A stretch of DNA of 57,175 nucleotides from an uncultured Treponema sp. GTDB taxonomy: Bacteria; Spirochaetota; Spirochaetia; Treponematales; Treponemataceae. Of the stretch, positions 36,957 to 46,483 are shown one piece after another; positions within the stretch are counted from its first letter, which is position 1, and every line of letters starts with the position of its first letter. Where the stretch lies: assembly GCA_944389965.1 (NCBI GenBank), contig CALXOI010000001.1:1-57175 (forward strand), given 5' to 3'. Position numbers and translations under genes: made by a program. Under the pieces are notes generated by a model. It was given only the letters and a program-made list of their open reading frames with translations, had not been told where the DNA came from and did not search any database.

Positions 36957-38327
36957 ATGGCGCTGCATTTCAGTTTAGCTCCAAAACATGTATCCAGTGC
37001 TGCCAAAGATATGACAACCGGCAGTCCGTTCAAATTGATTTTTTTATATTCTATTCCATTACTTATTGGAAACATTGTGCAGCAGTTGTACAGTATGGCA
37101 GATACGATCATTGTGGGGCGGTTGCTGGGAACTAACGCCTTGGCTGCGGTGGGTACAACGGGTCCTATGAATTTTCTGGTGATAGGTTTCGTTACCGGTT
37201 TAACCGCAGGGTTTGCGGTTATCACCGCCCAACGTTTTGGTGCAAAAGATGAAAACGGTGTAAAGCGGTCTGTTGCCATGAATATTATGCTGAACGGACT
37301 GTCTGCGGTGATTATGACGGCGGCATCAATTCTGTCTGTTAATCCGATTCTCCGGGCCATCAATACTCCTGAATCGATTTTTACCGGAGCTGCTGCGTAT
37401 ATTACAATTATTTATATTGGAATTCCTGCCATTATACTGTACAATGCCACCGCCTGCCTGTTGCGGGCACTGGGCGATAGCAAATCCCCGTTATATTTTC
37501 TGGTTATTTCAGCACTGTTGAATATCGTACTCGATATCCTGTTTATTGCTGTTTTTCATACGGGGGTTGCAGGAGCTGCCTGGGCAACCGTGATTTCCCA
37601 AGCATGTGCGGGGGTGGCATCACTTATATATATGATTGTCCGTTTCCCGATACTGCGTACCCGACGGTGTGATTATGCATGGAATAACTGGTTTGCATGG
37701 CAGCATTTAAAAATCGGGTTACCTATGGCATTCCAGTTTTCTATAACGGCAATCGGTGTCATTGTGCTTCAGGGGGCACTGAATGTTTTTGGAGCGGAAA
37801 AAATTGCCGCATACACTGCTGCCCAAAAAGTGGAACAGCTGATTGCTGTTGCTGCCGGAACTTTTGGCGTGACAATGGCAAACTATACCGGCCAGAATTT
37901 AGGTGCCCGGAAACTTGACCGTATCAAAGAAGGTACAAACAAAAGCTGTCTGTTAACAATTGCAGTGTCACTGTTATCTATGGCTATATCAATGATTTTT
38001 TCAGACCAGCTGACCGGATTGTTTGTCAAAGGTGACGTTCCGGAAGTTATTGCGGCTTCCCGGCAGTATCTTCATATTACTGCTGTTTTTTATCCGGCAC
38101 TGTTCATAATTTTTATTTACCGGAATGTGTTGCAGAGCATGGGCAAAGGTTTTATGCCTTTGATGGCCGGTGTATTTGAGCTGGTTGCCCGAACCGTAGC
38201 AGCATATACCCTGCCGGTTGTCTGGGGATACGCCGGTATCTGTTATGCCGGTCCGTTTGCATGGATTGTTGCCGCATTGCCGTTATTTATTGCGTATTCA
38301 GTTATTATCAGAACGTTTAAGGTGTGA
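36957..38327 (+). CDS. MATE family efflux transporter
   Basis: DMTTGSP, QQLYSMADTIIVGR, RALGDSKSPL, NIVLD, GVAGAAWAT, GQNLGA. Confidence 0.93.
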   Translation: MALHFSLAPKHVSSAAKDMTTGSPFKLIFLYSIPLLIGNIVQQLYSMADTIIVGRLLGTNALAAVGTTGPMNFLVIGFVTGLTAGFAVITAQRFGAKDENGVKRSVAMNIMLNGLSAVIMTAASILSVNPILRAINTPESIFTGAAAYITIIYIGIPAIILYNATACLLRALGDSKSPLYFLVISALLNIVLDILFIAVFHTGVAGAAWATVISQACAGVASLIYMIVRFPILRTRRCDYAWNNWFAWQHLKIGLPMAFQFSITAIGVIVLQGALNVFGAEKIAAYTAAQKVEQLIAVAAGTFGVTMANYTGQNLGARKLDRIKEGTNKSCLLTIAVSLLSMAISMIFSDQLTGLFVKGDVPEVIAASRQYLHITAVFYPALFIIFIYRNVLQSMGKGFMPLMAGVFELVARTVAAYTLPVVWGYAGICYAGPFAWIVAALPLFIAYSVIIRTFKV

Positions 38328-38606
38328 CTAAATACGGTGCATGGCGCTGAAAACCTTTTCGTTCATAATGTTGATTTCAACACCCATATCGGTACCCAAT
38401 TGCTGCATCTGTGTCCGCAGTGTTTCAATGGGAACCGTTGCTTCTGCAAGATCAACAACCATCATCATGACAAAGTTGCCGGACAAAATTGTTTGGCTTA
38501 TATCAGCAATATTGATATGGTGCTGTGCCAGAAATGTGCTGACTTTTGCGATGATACCAACTTGGTCAGTACCGACTACCGTTATAATTGCATTCATAAA
38601 CTGCAT
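38328..38606 (-). CDS. ACT domain protein (UPF0237-like)
   Basis: IITVVGTDQVGIIAKVS, NIADISQT, FSAMHRI. Confidence 0.9.
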   Translation of the reverse strand: MQFMNAIITVVGTDQVGIIAKVSTFLAQHHINIADISQTILSGNFVMMMVVDLAEATVPIETLRTQMQQLGTDMGVEINIMNEKVFSAMHRI

Positions 38607-38663
38607 ACTACCGTATTTCCTATTGTTTGCAAAGATGTTTACGCTTCCAGCTGCCAGGAATAG

Positions 38664-39902
38664 TTAAAAACTGATGATTTCTTCATAAATAGAAATTGCG
38701 AACTGGTCTGTCATACCGGAAATAAATTCTATAATACATTTTTGGTATGATTCTTCTGATTGAATATCAAACACAGTCTGTATCCGGTCCAGTTTTAAAA
38801 AAGCTTTCCGTTCCAAATCATAGGAAGTATATTTTACAAGCCAGCTTTCAAACGTTGTGCTGAGTACCGGAAATTGTTTCAGACTGAAGGAAATTTTACC
38901 GGTTCTGGCAAAGGGAAAGGTTTTCATCAGGGTATGATAAATTGTGCTGATAATATTTGATGCATAGTGCTGGAATTCCTGAAGCCGCCAGTGGGAATAA
39001 ATATTTGCATAATTAAATTTTTTTAATTCGGTGATAAAACGGAAATATTCCGGTGAAAAACGGAGACCCGCTTCCGGAGAACTTTGGTTACATAAATCCA
39101 CAATAAGGTCGTTTATCAAAACTGTTGTATTTACAGTTTTTCCGGTGGTAAAACCGAAGCAGGAAGCAACAATCTCCCGCAGCTGCCGGTATGCCCCCAT
39201 ATCAAGTATGTGATACCGGCGGGCATCTTCAATATCCCTACCCAGATAGGCAATTTTATCTGATAATTTTACAACGCAGCCTTCCCACGTGTACGGCTGC
39301 ATACTGCCCGCCCGCTTCATCCGGTACAAATCAACCGGTTTTTCCCGGGGACGGATACCGTCTTCGTCAACTTCACCACAGTGGCAGATTATTCCGTCCC
39401 GGACTGCATAAGTTAAGTCAAGATTTCTGGCGTATCCGTCAGGGTCCTGCAGCGTTTCAATGTAGTCGGCAAAGAACAAGCTGTTCCGTTCATGCCAGAA
39501 TTTTTTGGGGGCATTCTGACCTTTTTTCTGTTCCAGCATTCCGTTCAGGCAGACTTCGCCAAAATGACCAAAGGGAGCGTGCCCGATGTCGTGACCCAAT
39601 GCAATTGCGGATGCCAGCTGGTCATTCAGACCAAGGTATTTTGCAATTGTGGTAGCGACGGAAACAACATGGGTAACGTGTTCCATCCGGGTACATACAT
39701 GATCATTTTTTGGTGCAAAAAAAACCTGTGTTTTATGTTTCAAGCGCCGGAACGCCTCGCAGTGAAGCAACCGGGTATAATCCCGCTCAAATTCTGAACG
39801 GATATCGTTATTCCTGTTATATAGAGAATGTTCACGGCAGATGCACTGGGCCCAGATTCCGTTGTCTTGGCTGCACCGTACTGCAAGAAATGCGTCTTTC
39901 AT
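38664..39902 (-). CDS. HD-domain dGTP triphosphohydrolase-like protein
   Basis: FERDYTR, FRRLKHKTQVF, GHDIGHAPFGH.GE, DKIAY..DIED, ISGMTD; GAGG before ATG 39902. Confidence 0.85.
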   Translation of the reverse strand: MKDAFLAVRCSQDNGIWAQCICREHSLYNRNNDIRSEFERDYTRLLHCEAFRRLKHKTQVFFAPKNDHVCTRMEHVTHVVSVATTIAKYLGLNDQLASAIALGHDIGHAPFGHFGEVCLNGMLEQKKGQNAPKKFWHERNSLFFADYIETLQDPDGYARNLDLTYAVRDGIICHCGEVDEDGIRPREKPVDLYRMKRAGSMQPYTWEGCVVKLSDKIAYLGRDIEDARRYHILDMGAYRQLREIVASCFGFTTGKTVNTTVLINDLIVDLCNQSSPEAGLRFSPEYFRFITELKKFNYANIYSHWRLQEFQHYASNIISTIYHTLMKTFPFARTGKISFSLKQFPVLSTTFESWLVKYTSYDLERKAFLKLDRIQTVFDIQSEESYQKCIIEFISGMTDQFAISIYEEIISF

Positions 39903-40061
39903 TGTTACCTCAGAAGTAACTATACTCTGCCGGAACCGATTATACAAGCGGATATTCTGTATCCTGTTCCCATGACGGATCGAGCAAAATTTTTCTATTA
40001 GATATGTTTTTAAACAGGATATAGATTTGATTCTTTTTATTTTAAATAGTAGATTTTATTT

Positions 40062-42710
40062 ATGGTTAAGGTAAAACTATATTTATCTTTATTGTTTTCT
40101 GGTATTGTAGCAGGAGTCACAATCCTGTGTTCCTGCACTGTAAGTCCTGTATCTTCTCCTGAAACACTGGCAGCTTTCTATCATCAAACACCTGTTCCGC
40201 TTGCATTGCCTGAATCCAATTCCTATGTCAATGGAATTTTTCCGGATCAGGTATATATTAAAACGTTATCGCAGACATTCTGCCGGGATTACCAGTTTTG
40301 TCTGGTAGACGGCTTGATTTATTATAAACTGATGCCGGATGCCGGATATTCAAATCCCGGCAAAGATGAAACAGAGTGGCAGCCCATAAACGGAACCGGA
40401 CTGCCCGGCGGTGGCAAGGATTTTCCGGTTCCTGAACAGATTGTGGAAATTTCTGCAGATGCGGATTCACTGTTTGCTTTTGATTCCGCCGGCGGGATGT
40501 ATCAGATGTTTACGAATAACAATGCGCCCGGAAAACCTTTTGAGTGGCTGAATACTTTTGGCTGGCCGGAAAAGACACATTTGGTTCAGAACCAATTGGT
40601 CAAAGATAAGCGTGCATGGGCGGCAGGAACCCGCCGGCAGGATGTCCTGTGGCATGAAGATATATTCGGTAATCCCCACCATTACGGGACAATGGGAATA
40701 GAAACACTGTATTTTCTGACGGAAGACGGGCAGCATATCCGGTTTACAGATTCCGGGCTCCCATCTGATTTCAGCAGAAGCCTGCTGGGACCGGAACGGG
40801 GTGCATTCATTGCGGAAAACCTGAGTGCCAGCGCTTCTACAATGTTTGTCATCAACAAGGCCGGTGTTATGTACACCCGGCTGGCTGATTTTGATACCAT
40901 CGGTTGTGACCCTATGTTTTTCCGGTATACTTATGAAAAGCTGCCCCAACAGTATACCGGAGCCGACTATTGGTCAAATTACTCCCCCTGGGGGCTTCCT
41001 TCAGAACCATGGCTTCGACAGCCCGAAATTCCGTTGAGCGGTAATGCCCGGTTGACCAGATATATTACGATTTTTCAAAACGGACAGGGAAATGCGGCCC
41101 GGGAACTGCGGGTTGCCGGTTTAAATGAGGCGGGGGAGACAGGTTTTTACCATAAGGCAATCATGGATATGCAGCCTGAAGACTGGGAATTCACCGCTGT
41201 TCCGCTGTATCTGGAAGAATCTGTTTTTCTGCCGGTTACCCCTGCCGGACTGCCTGTTGCCGAACAGGAAAATTTAACCGGTGAAAAACAGGAAATATCC
41301 TACCAGGGTTTTATCTGGCAGAACGGCACCCGGAATAAAACCGTTACCTGTTCCATACCCGATTTTCCCCTGAGCGAAGGGGCATGCACATTATATCTGT
41401 CATACTTGGATGAAACAAAGCAGATTACCATACATCCGGTGGAAATGTGGTCATATATGTTCAGAAATGATCCCGGCTATGACGGAACGGAAAAAAAGTT
41501 TTTTGCCACTTTTGAATTCGGGCCGGATCAATTGGAATCAAAGTATCCCGAATTTGAATCACTGCTTACAAAAGTTTTCGGAGGAAAAAACAAAGAGGTA
41601 TTTTCTTCTACAGTGGCGGCGACTGAAAATTATCTGCGGTTAATAGTGGATTACCGGGAACAGGTTTCTGTTACCAGACCTCTGTCTGCCCGGAGCGACA
41701 ATGAAATTCCGGTAACAGCAGTAACAGCACCCCAGCGGGACAGGTTTATTTTCTTTATGACAAATTCCGCCTTGAACCTTCATCCTGAAGAAAAATCCGG
41801 TCTTACATCAGTTTTATACAGTTCTACATCACTCAATATGTACGGTTCTCCAGAACTGCGGCTGATTCCCGGTTCCCAGATTCCGATAGAAGAACGGGTC
41901 AAGCTGGATCAAGCGGTGCAGGGCAATATCAAGTATATTCAAATGCTGGAATCTGAGCTGGATTTATACAATGAATATGCTTCAAAAGCGGATATTTCCC
42001 GGTGGGGGTACAATGCAGTTGATTTGCTTACAACCGTAACGTTATTGAATCAAATTAATTTCCCCAAGATTAAAAACATGACCAGCTTTGGAGACCGCAT
42101 TATGGCAGAGAATGCCCGGACATACAAAGCGCAGGCAGAATCAAAAGCATGGTCGTATTCCCAATTGATAGAACTGCTACGGTTACGGATTCAAGTGTAT
42201 GAAAATCTGCGGAAACAGTTTTCCGCATCGCAACAAGAAGTAACCGTTCCGGTAACACTGCGGGATACATACAATGAATTTTTCCAAGATGCGGCTGTTC
42301 CTTTTGTTATGACGGGGAATTCCCGTTTGAAAACAGAATATCAGTCAACGATGAGATTACTGCCGGAGCTTCCGATTTTTCCCGGTTTTTGTGTGGTTCT
42401 GAATGACGAGGCATTCAGTGTAATCCTCGTGAAATTGACAGATGCGGCGTCAACTATTTATAACCTCAAAGAACCGGTGTCTGGTGATAATCCATTGCGG
42501 TTGGATGCTCATTTTTATGCATTCAGTGTATCCGGAATATTGCCGGCGGAGCTGGAAGACATAAACCGGTGGCGGGGACAATTGTATTGGGATGGCGAAA
42601 AGTTGACGGTAACCGCTAAAACAGGTTTTTTCAGAAAAAAGACTGTATTCAGCGGGACATTGACAGAAACATTGAATGATGTCGGTGAAACAATAGAATT
42701 GATTCCTTGA
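40062..42710 (+). CDS. Large hypothetical lipoprotein (882 aa)
   Basis: Long ORF, hydrophobic signal with ILCSC lipobox-like site; no family recognised. Confidence 0.75.
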   Translation: MVKVKLYLSLLFSGIVAGVTILCSCTVSPVSSPETLAAFYHQTPVPLALPESNSYVNGIFPDQVYIKTLSQTFCRDYQFCLVDGLIYYKLMPDAGYSNPGKDETEWQPINGTGLPGGGKDFPVPEQIVEISADADSLFAFDSAGGMYQMFTNNNAPGKPFEWLNTFGWPEKTHLVQNQLVKDKRAWAAGTRRQDVLWHEDIFGNPHHYGTMGIETLYFLTEDGQHIRFTDSGLPSDFSRSLLGPERGAFIAENLSASASTMFVINKAGVMYTRLADFDTIGCDPMFFRYTYEKLPQQYTGADYWSNYSPWGLPSEPWLRQPEIPLSGNARLTRYITIFQNGQGNAARELRVAGLNEAGETGFYHKAIMDMQPEDWEFTAVPLYLEESVFLPVTPAGLPVAEQENLTGEKQEISYQGFIWQNGTRNKTVTCSIPDFPLSEGACTLYLSYLDETKQITIHPVEMWSYMFRNDPGYDGTEKKFFATFEFGPDQLESKYPEFESLLTKVFGGKNKEVFSSTVAATENYLRLIVDYREQVSVTRPLSARSDNEIPVTAVTAPQRDRFIFFMTNSALNLHPEEKSGLTSVLYSSTSLNMYGSPELRLIPGSQIPIEERVKLDQAVQGNIKYIQMLESELDLYNEYASKADISRWGYNAVDLLTTVTLLNQINFPKIKNMTSFGDRIMAENARTYKAQAESKAWSYSQLIELLRLRIQVYENLRKQFSASQQEVTVPVTLRDTYNEFFQDAAVPFVMTGNSRLKTEYQSTMRLLPELPIFPGFCVVLNDEAFSVILVKLTDAASTIYNLKEPVSGDNPLRLDAHFYAFSVSGILPAELEDINRWRGQLYWDGEKLTVTAKTGFFRKKTVFSGTLTETLNDVGETIELIP

Positions 42711-42968
42711 CGGTACCGGAGCGTTTTCAGGATGTACCTGTTCGAAAGTAAAACGAATGCCAGTATTTTTGTCAGCATATAGCTAATCCTGGGGATAGGT
42801 TTTTGATACCCCAGTACTGGCGTTGTTTTATAATCAGCTTTTGTCTGGATAATATGTTGTATATTCCGGCCGCCGTTGTCAGACCGATCCGGAGCAGATT
42901 TTTTCTGTATTTTACCGTGGATTTTCGTAAAAAATAGACAATATTTTAAAAGGTGTTATAGTATATTT

Positions 42969-43274
42969 ATGGAACAACAAGTTGATTTTCAAAGTGCAAC
43001 CTGCACTGACATTGATGTTGATGAACCAAAAAATTATACGGTTGTATTGTTGAATGATGATTACACGACAAAGGAGTTTGTCGTAGAAATTCTTACCGGA
43101 GTTTTCCATAAAACTCCTGATGAAGCGGTTGTTTTGATGGAGACCGTCCACCGGCAGGGAAAGGCTTCTGTGGGAAAATATCCGTACGATATTGCGGTTA
43201 CCCGTGTGAGTTTGACTACCCGTCTTGCGCGGAAAAACGGCTTTCCGCTGCGGTGTGAATTACAGGAAGTATGA
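42969..43274 (+). CDS. clpS: ATP-dependent Clp protease adaptor ClpS
   Basis: VVLLNDDYTTKEFVV, M..VH..G, GFPLRC. Confidence 0.95.
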   Translation: MEQQVDFQSATCTDIDVDEPKNYTVVLLNDDYTTKEFVVEILTGVFHKTPDEAVVLMETVHRQGKASVGKYPYDIAVTRVSLTTRLARKNGFPLRCELQEV

Positions 43275-43382
43275 TGAACCTGTATAGCTTATCGTTCAAT
43301 ATGCGTGAATGTTGTTGTATGATACCGGCGGCTTATGTTGTTCCTGCTGCTGTCCGGTAGTTTAAGGAGGATTGAGTATTTA

Positions 43383-45743
43383 ATGAAAGTAACAGCGCAA
43401 CTGCAAAAAATAATCAATGCCGCAGTTGAAGATGCGGAAAAGGCAGGACATGAGTTTTTGACTCCGGAACATCTGCTGGGCGCATCTCTCCGTTTCCCGC
43501 CGGTGTGTGATCTGCTTCTGGTTTGCGGTGGAAATGTAGATGCAATCCGTAAAAATGTTGAGAACTATTTAAAAGATAATATGATTATTATTAAAGGCAG
43601 GGCTCCGATTCAGACAGCTGGTTTTCAGGCTGTCATTGAACGGGCTTTTTATCAATGTGCGGCAGCGGAAAAACAGGAAGTAGGAATTACGGATGTCATT
43701 ATCAGTATGTTGGATGAAACAAATAATTATTGTTCATATTATCTGCGGAAAGGTGGCATAGAACGGCTCCGGTTGATAGAAGTTGTCAGTTATTTACGGT
43801 ACAACAATGAAGGAAATGCAGATTTACCTTCTGAAATTTCTGCCGCACTGGATTTATCCGGAACGGAACCGGAAACAATGGACGAGGCAGCAGTTGAATC
43901 TGGAGAAGGTACTGATACTGTTTCCGCCGCAGATATTGACGGTATAAAACAGAAGCCGGTTAACCGGAAATCTGCCCTGGAACGGTACACAACGGATTTG
44001 ACAGCTGCCGCTACTGCCGGTGTCTTTGATGTGCTGGTGGGCAGGGAAGTGGAATTGGAACGGACTGTCCAAGTGTTGTGCCGCCGGTTAAAAAATAATC
44101 CGGTTCACGTCGGAGATGCCGGTGTAGGGAAAACAGCCATTACCCGGGGGCTTGCCGCCCGTATTGCCGCAGGAACAGTTCCTCCGGTATTGCAGGGGTA
44201 TTCCGTGTACAGTCTGGAAATGGGAGCCTTGGTTGCCGGAACAAAGTATCGGGGCGATTTTGAAGACCGGCTGAAACGGATAACAGACGAGTTGCTGAAA
44301 AAAGAAAAGGCAATTCTGTTTATTGACGAAATACATACAATTATTGGCGCCGGTGCTGGTGCTGGCGGAAGCCTTGATGCTTCCAACCTGTTGAAACCCC
44401 TGCTTTCATCTGGAAAAATCCGGTGTATCGGTTCCACAACTACAGAAGAATATACCCGGATTTTTGAAAAAGACCGGGCGCTTGCCCGCAGGTTTCAGAA
44501 AATTGATATTCTGGAACCGCTCCCGTCGGAAACCGTTAAAATTCTGGAAGGACTGCGGCCTGCTTATGAAAAGTACCATAACGTGGTGTATCAACCGTCA
44601 GCACTCAAGGCTGCAGTTGACTTGTCGGTACAGTATCTTCCAGACCGCCGTCTACCGGATAAAGCCATTGATATTATGGACGAAGCCGGTGCATTCCTAC
44701 AGATGAACCGTCCTGCCGGATTAAATGCCCGGCAAGGAACACCCCGGGTAACCGTTGCACTTGTGGAAAAAATTACCGCTAAGCTTGCCCGGATTCCGGA
44801 GCGGAGCGTCAGTATGGATGAGCGGACCAGATTGGCGTCACTGGAAAGTACTTTGTCTGCCGGTATTTTCGGGCAGCAGGCGGCGGTATCTGCCGTTGTA
44901 CGGGCAGTTAAACGTTCCCGGGCAGGACTGAAAGATCCGGATAAACCGTCTGCATCATTTTTGTTTGCCGGACCGACTGGTGTGGGTAAAACGGAGCTGG
45001 CGCGGCTGCTGGCTGATACATTGGGAATGAAACTGCTGAGGTTTGATATGAGTGAATATCAGGAAAAGCACACCGTCAGCAGGTTAATCGGTTCCCCGCC
45101 TGGTTACGTCGGTTTTGAAGACGGCGGACTGTTGACTGATGCCGTGCGCCGGCAGCCGTTTTCCGTAGTTCTTTTGGATGAAGTTGAAAAAGCCCACAGT
45201 GATATTTACAATATATTACTACAAGTTATGGATTACGGGCAGCTTACGGATAATCAGGGTAGAAAAGCTGATTTCAGAAACACGATACTTATCATGACCA
45301 GTAATGCCGGCGCCCGGGATATTGACCGGGTTGCAATCGGTTTTGGGGGTGTCAGTGCCGGAAAGTCAGCCGTGCTGGAAGCGGTGGAGCATACATTCAC
45401 ACCGGAGTTCAGAAACCGCCTGGATGCGGTTATTCCCTTTGAACATCTCAATATAGATGTTGCCGGTTCTATTGTGCGGAAGCAGATGGATATTGTCGCT
45501 GCCCGGCTGCGGCATAAAAAGGTGGTGCTCCATGCGGACGATGACTGTATACAGTATCTGGCAGAAACCGGATATTCACGGGAATTTGGTGCCCGGAATA
45601 TTACCCGGGTGATAGATGAGCAGATTGTTTCCCCGCTGGTGGATATGGTTTTGTTCGGACGGTTGGCAAAAGGGGGGACGGTATATTGCAGTGTTGAACC
45701 GTCACCGGAAAAACGTGTATCATTCCGGTATGACGACTGTTGA
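43383..45743 (+). CDS. clpA: ATP-dependent Clp protease ATP-binding subunit ClpA
   Basis: Clp N-domain, GDAGVGKT, FIDEIH, GPTGVGKT, RFDMSEY, IGF loop; no ClpB middle domain; follows clpS. Confidence 0.92.
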   Translation: MKVTAQLQKIINAAVEDAEKAGHEFLTPEHLLGASLRFPPVCDLLLVCGGNVDAIRKNVENYLKDNMIIIKGRAPIQTAGFQAVIERAFYQCAAAEKQEVGITDVIISMLDETNNYCSYYLRKGGIERLRLIEVVSYLRYNNEGNADLPSEISAALDLSGTEPETMDEAAVESGEGTDTVSAADIDGIKQKPVNRKSALERYTTDLTAAATAGVFDVLVGREVELERTVQVLCRRLKNNPVHVGDAGVGKTAITRGLAARIAAGTVPPVLQGYSVYSLEMGALVAGTKYRGDFEDRLKRITDELLKKEKAILFIDEIHTIIGAGAGAGGSLDASNLLKPLLSSGKIRCIGSTTTEEYTRIFEKDRALARRFQKIDILEPLPSETVKILEGLRPAYEKYHNVVYQPSALKAAVDLSVQYLPDRRLPDKAIDIMDEAGAFLQMNRPAGLNARQGTPRVTVALVEKITAKLARIPERSVSMDERTRLASLESTLSAGIFGQQAAVSAVVRAVKRSRAGLKDPDKPSASFLFAGPTGVGKTELARLLADTLGMKLLRFDMSEYQEKHTVSRLIGSPPGYVGFEDGGLLTDAVRRQPFSVVLLDEVEKAHSDIYNILLQVMDYGQLTDNQGRKADFRNTILIMTSNAGARDIDRVAIGFGGVSAGKSAVLEAVEHTFTPEFRNRLDAVIPFEHLNIDVAGSIVRKQMDIVAARLRHKKVVLHADDDCIQYLAETGYSREFGARNITRVIDEQIVSPLVDMVLFGRLAKGGTVYCSVEPSPEKRVSFRYDDC

Positions 45744-46443
45744 ACCGGAGTTTTCATTCCGGCCGGTATTGTTTCCGCTCCATTTAAAACCGGGGCGCAG
45801 CCTTGTAGCGGTGACAGAACGGATTGACTGTGACATTGTATATTCCGCATATTTGCAGGGAATTTTTCCGTGGTACGAGGAAGCCCGTGGTGAGCCTGTA
45901 TGCTGGTGGTCTCCGGACCCCCGTTTTGTGCTGTTTCCTGAAGAACTGCATGTTCCAAGTCGGTTGCGGCGTTTTATGAAGCATAGTCCGTTCCGATATA
46001 CGATGAACCGGGATTTTGAGCAGGTTATTTCCCGGTGTGCCGGAATTGTCCGCCCGGGACAAACGGGTACGTGGATTGGTCCGGCGATGATTGATGTTTA
46101 CTGCCGGCTCCATGAAGCCGGTGCCGCCCATTCTGTGGAAGCCTGGCATGGCGATACGCTGGCTGGTGGTTTTTACGGTGTCAGTATTGGACAGGTATTT
46201 TTTGGCGAATCGATGTTTTCGGCCGAACCGGATTCTGCAAAATCTGCGTTTGTACGGTTTGTGCTGGCATTCCGGCAGTGTGGCGGAATGCTGATTGATT
46301 CCCAGGTGTATACCGACAATATTGCCCGGTTTGGCGGTAGAAATATCAGCAGGGACTCTTTTCTGCAAATGGAAAAAAAATTGTTGGGAAAGAGTCTTTT
46401 ATCCCCGTTGCCGGTTACATTTGAACAGCTTAAATTGTTGTAA
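45730..46443 (+). CDS. aat: Leucyl/phenylalanyl-tRNA--protein transferase
   Basis: AY..GIFPWY, WWSPDPR, AHSVEAW, FFGESMFS. Confidence 0.94.
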   Translation: MTTVEPEFSFRPVLFPLHLKPGRSLVAVTERIDCDIVYSAYLQGIFPWYEEARGEPVCWWSPDPRFVLFPEELHVPSRLRRFMKHSPFRYTMNRDFEQVISRCAGIVRPGQTGTWIGPAMIDVYCRLHEAGAAHSVEAWHGDTLAGGFYGVSIGQVFFGESMFSAEPDSAKSAFVRFVLAFRQCGGMLIDSQVYTDNIARFGGRNISRDSFLQMEKKLLGKSLLSPLPVTFEQLKLL

Positions 46444-46483
46444 TGCAGTTTTCAGATGCCAATGAATCCAGTATACTCTCTTT

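Noticed and set aside
38328-38606. ACT protein lacking its usual DUF711 partner
   Set aside because: The partner may be elsewhere in the genome; this window alone gives no evidence of anything unusual.
42969-46443. clpS-clpA-aat as a novel system
   Set aside because: This is the well-known N-degron pathway cluster.
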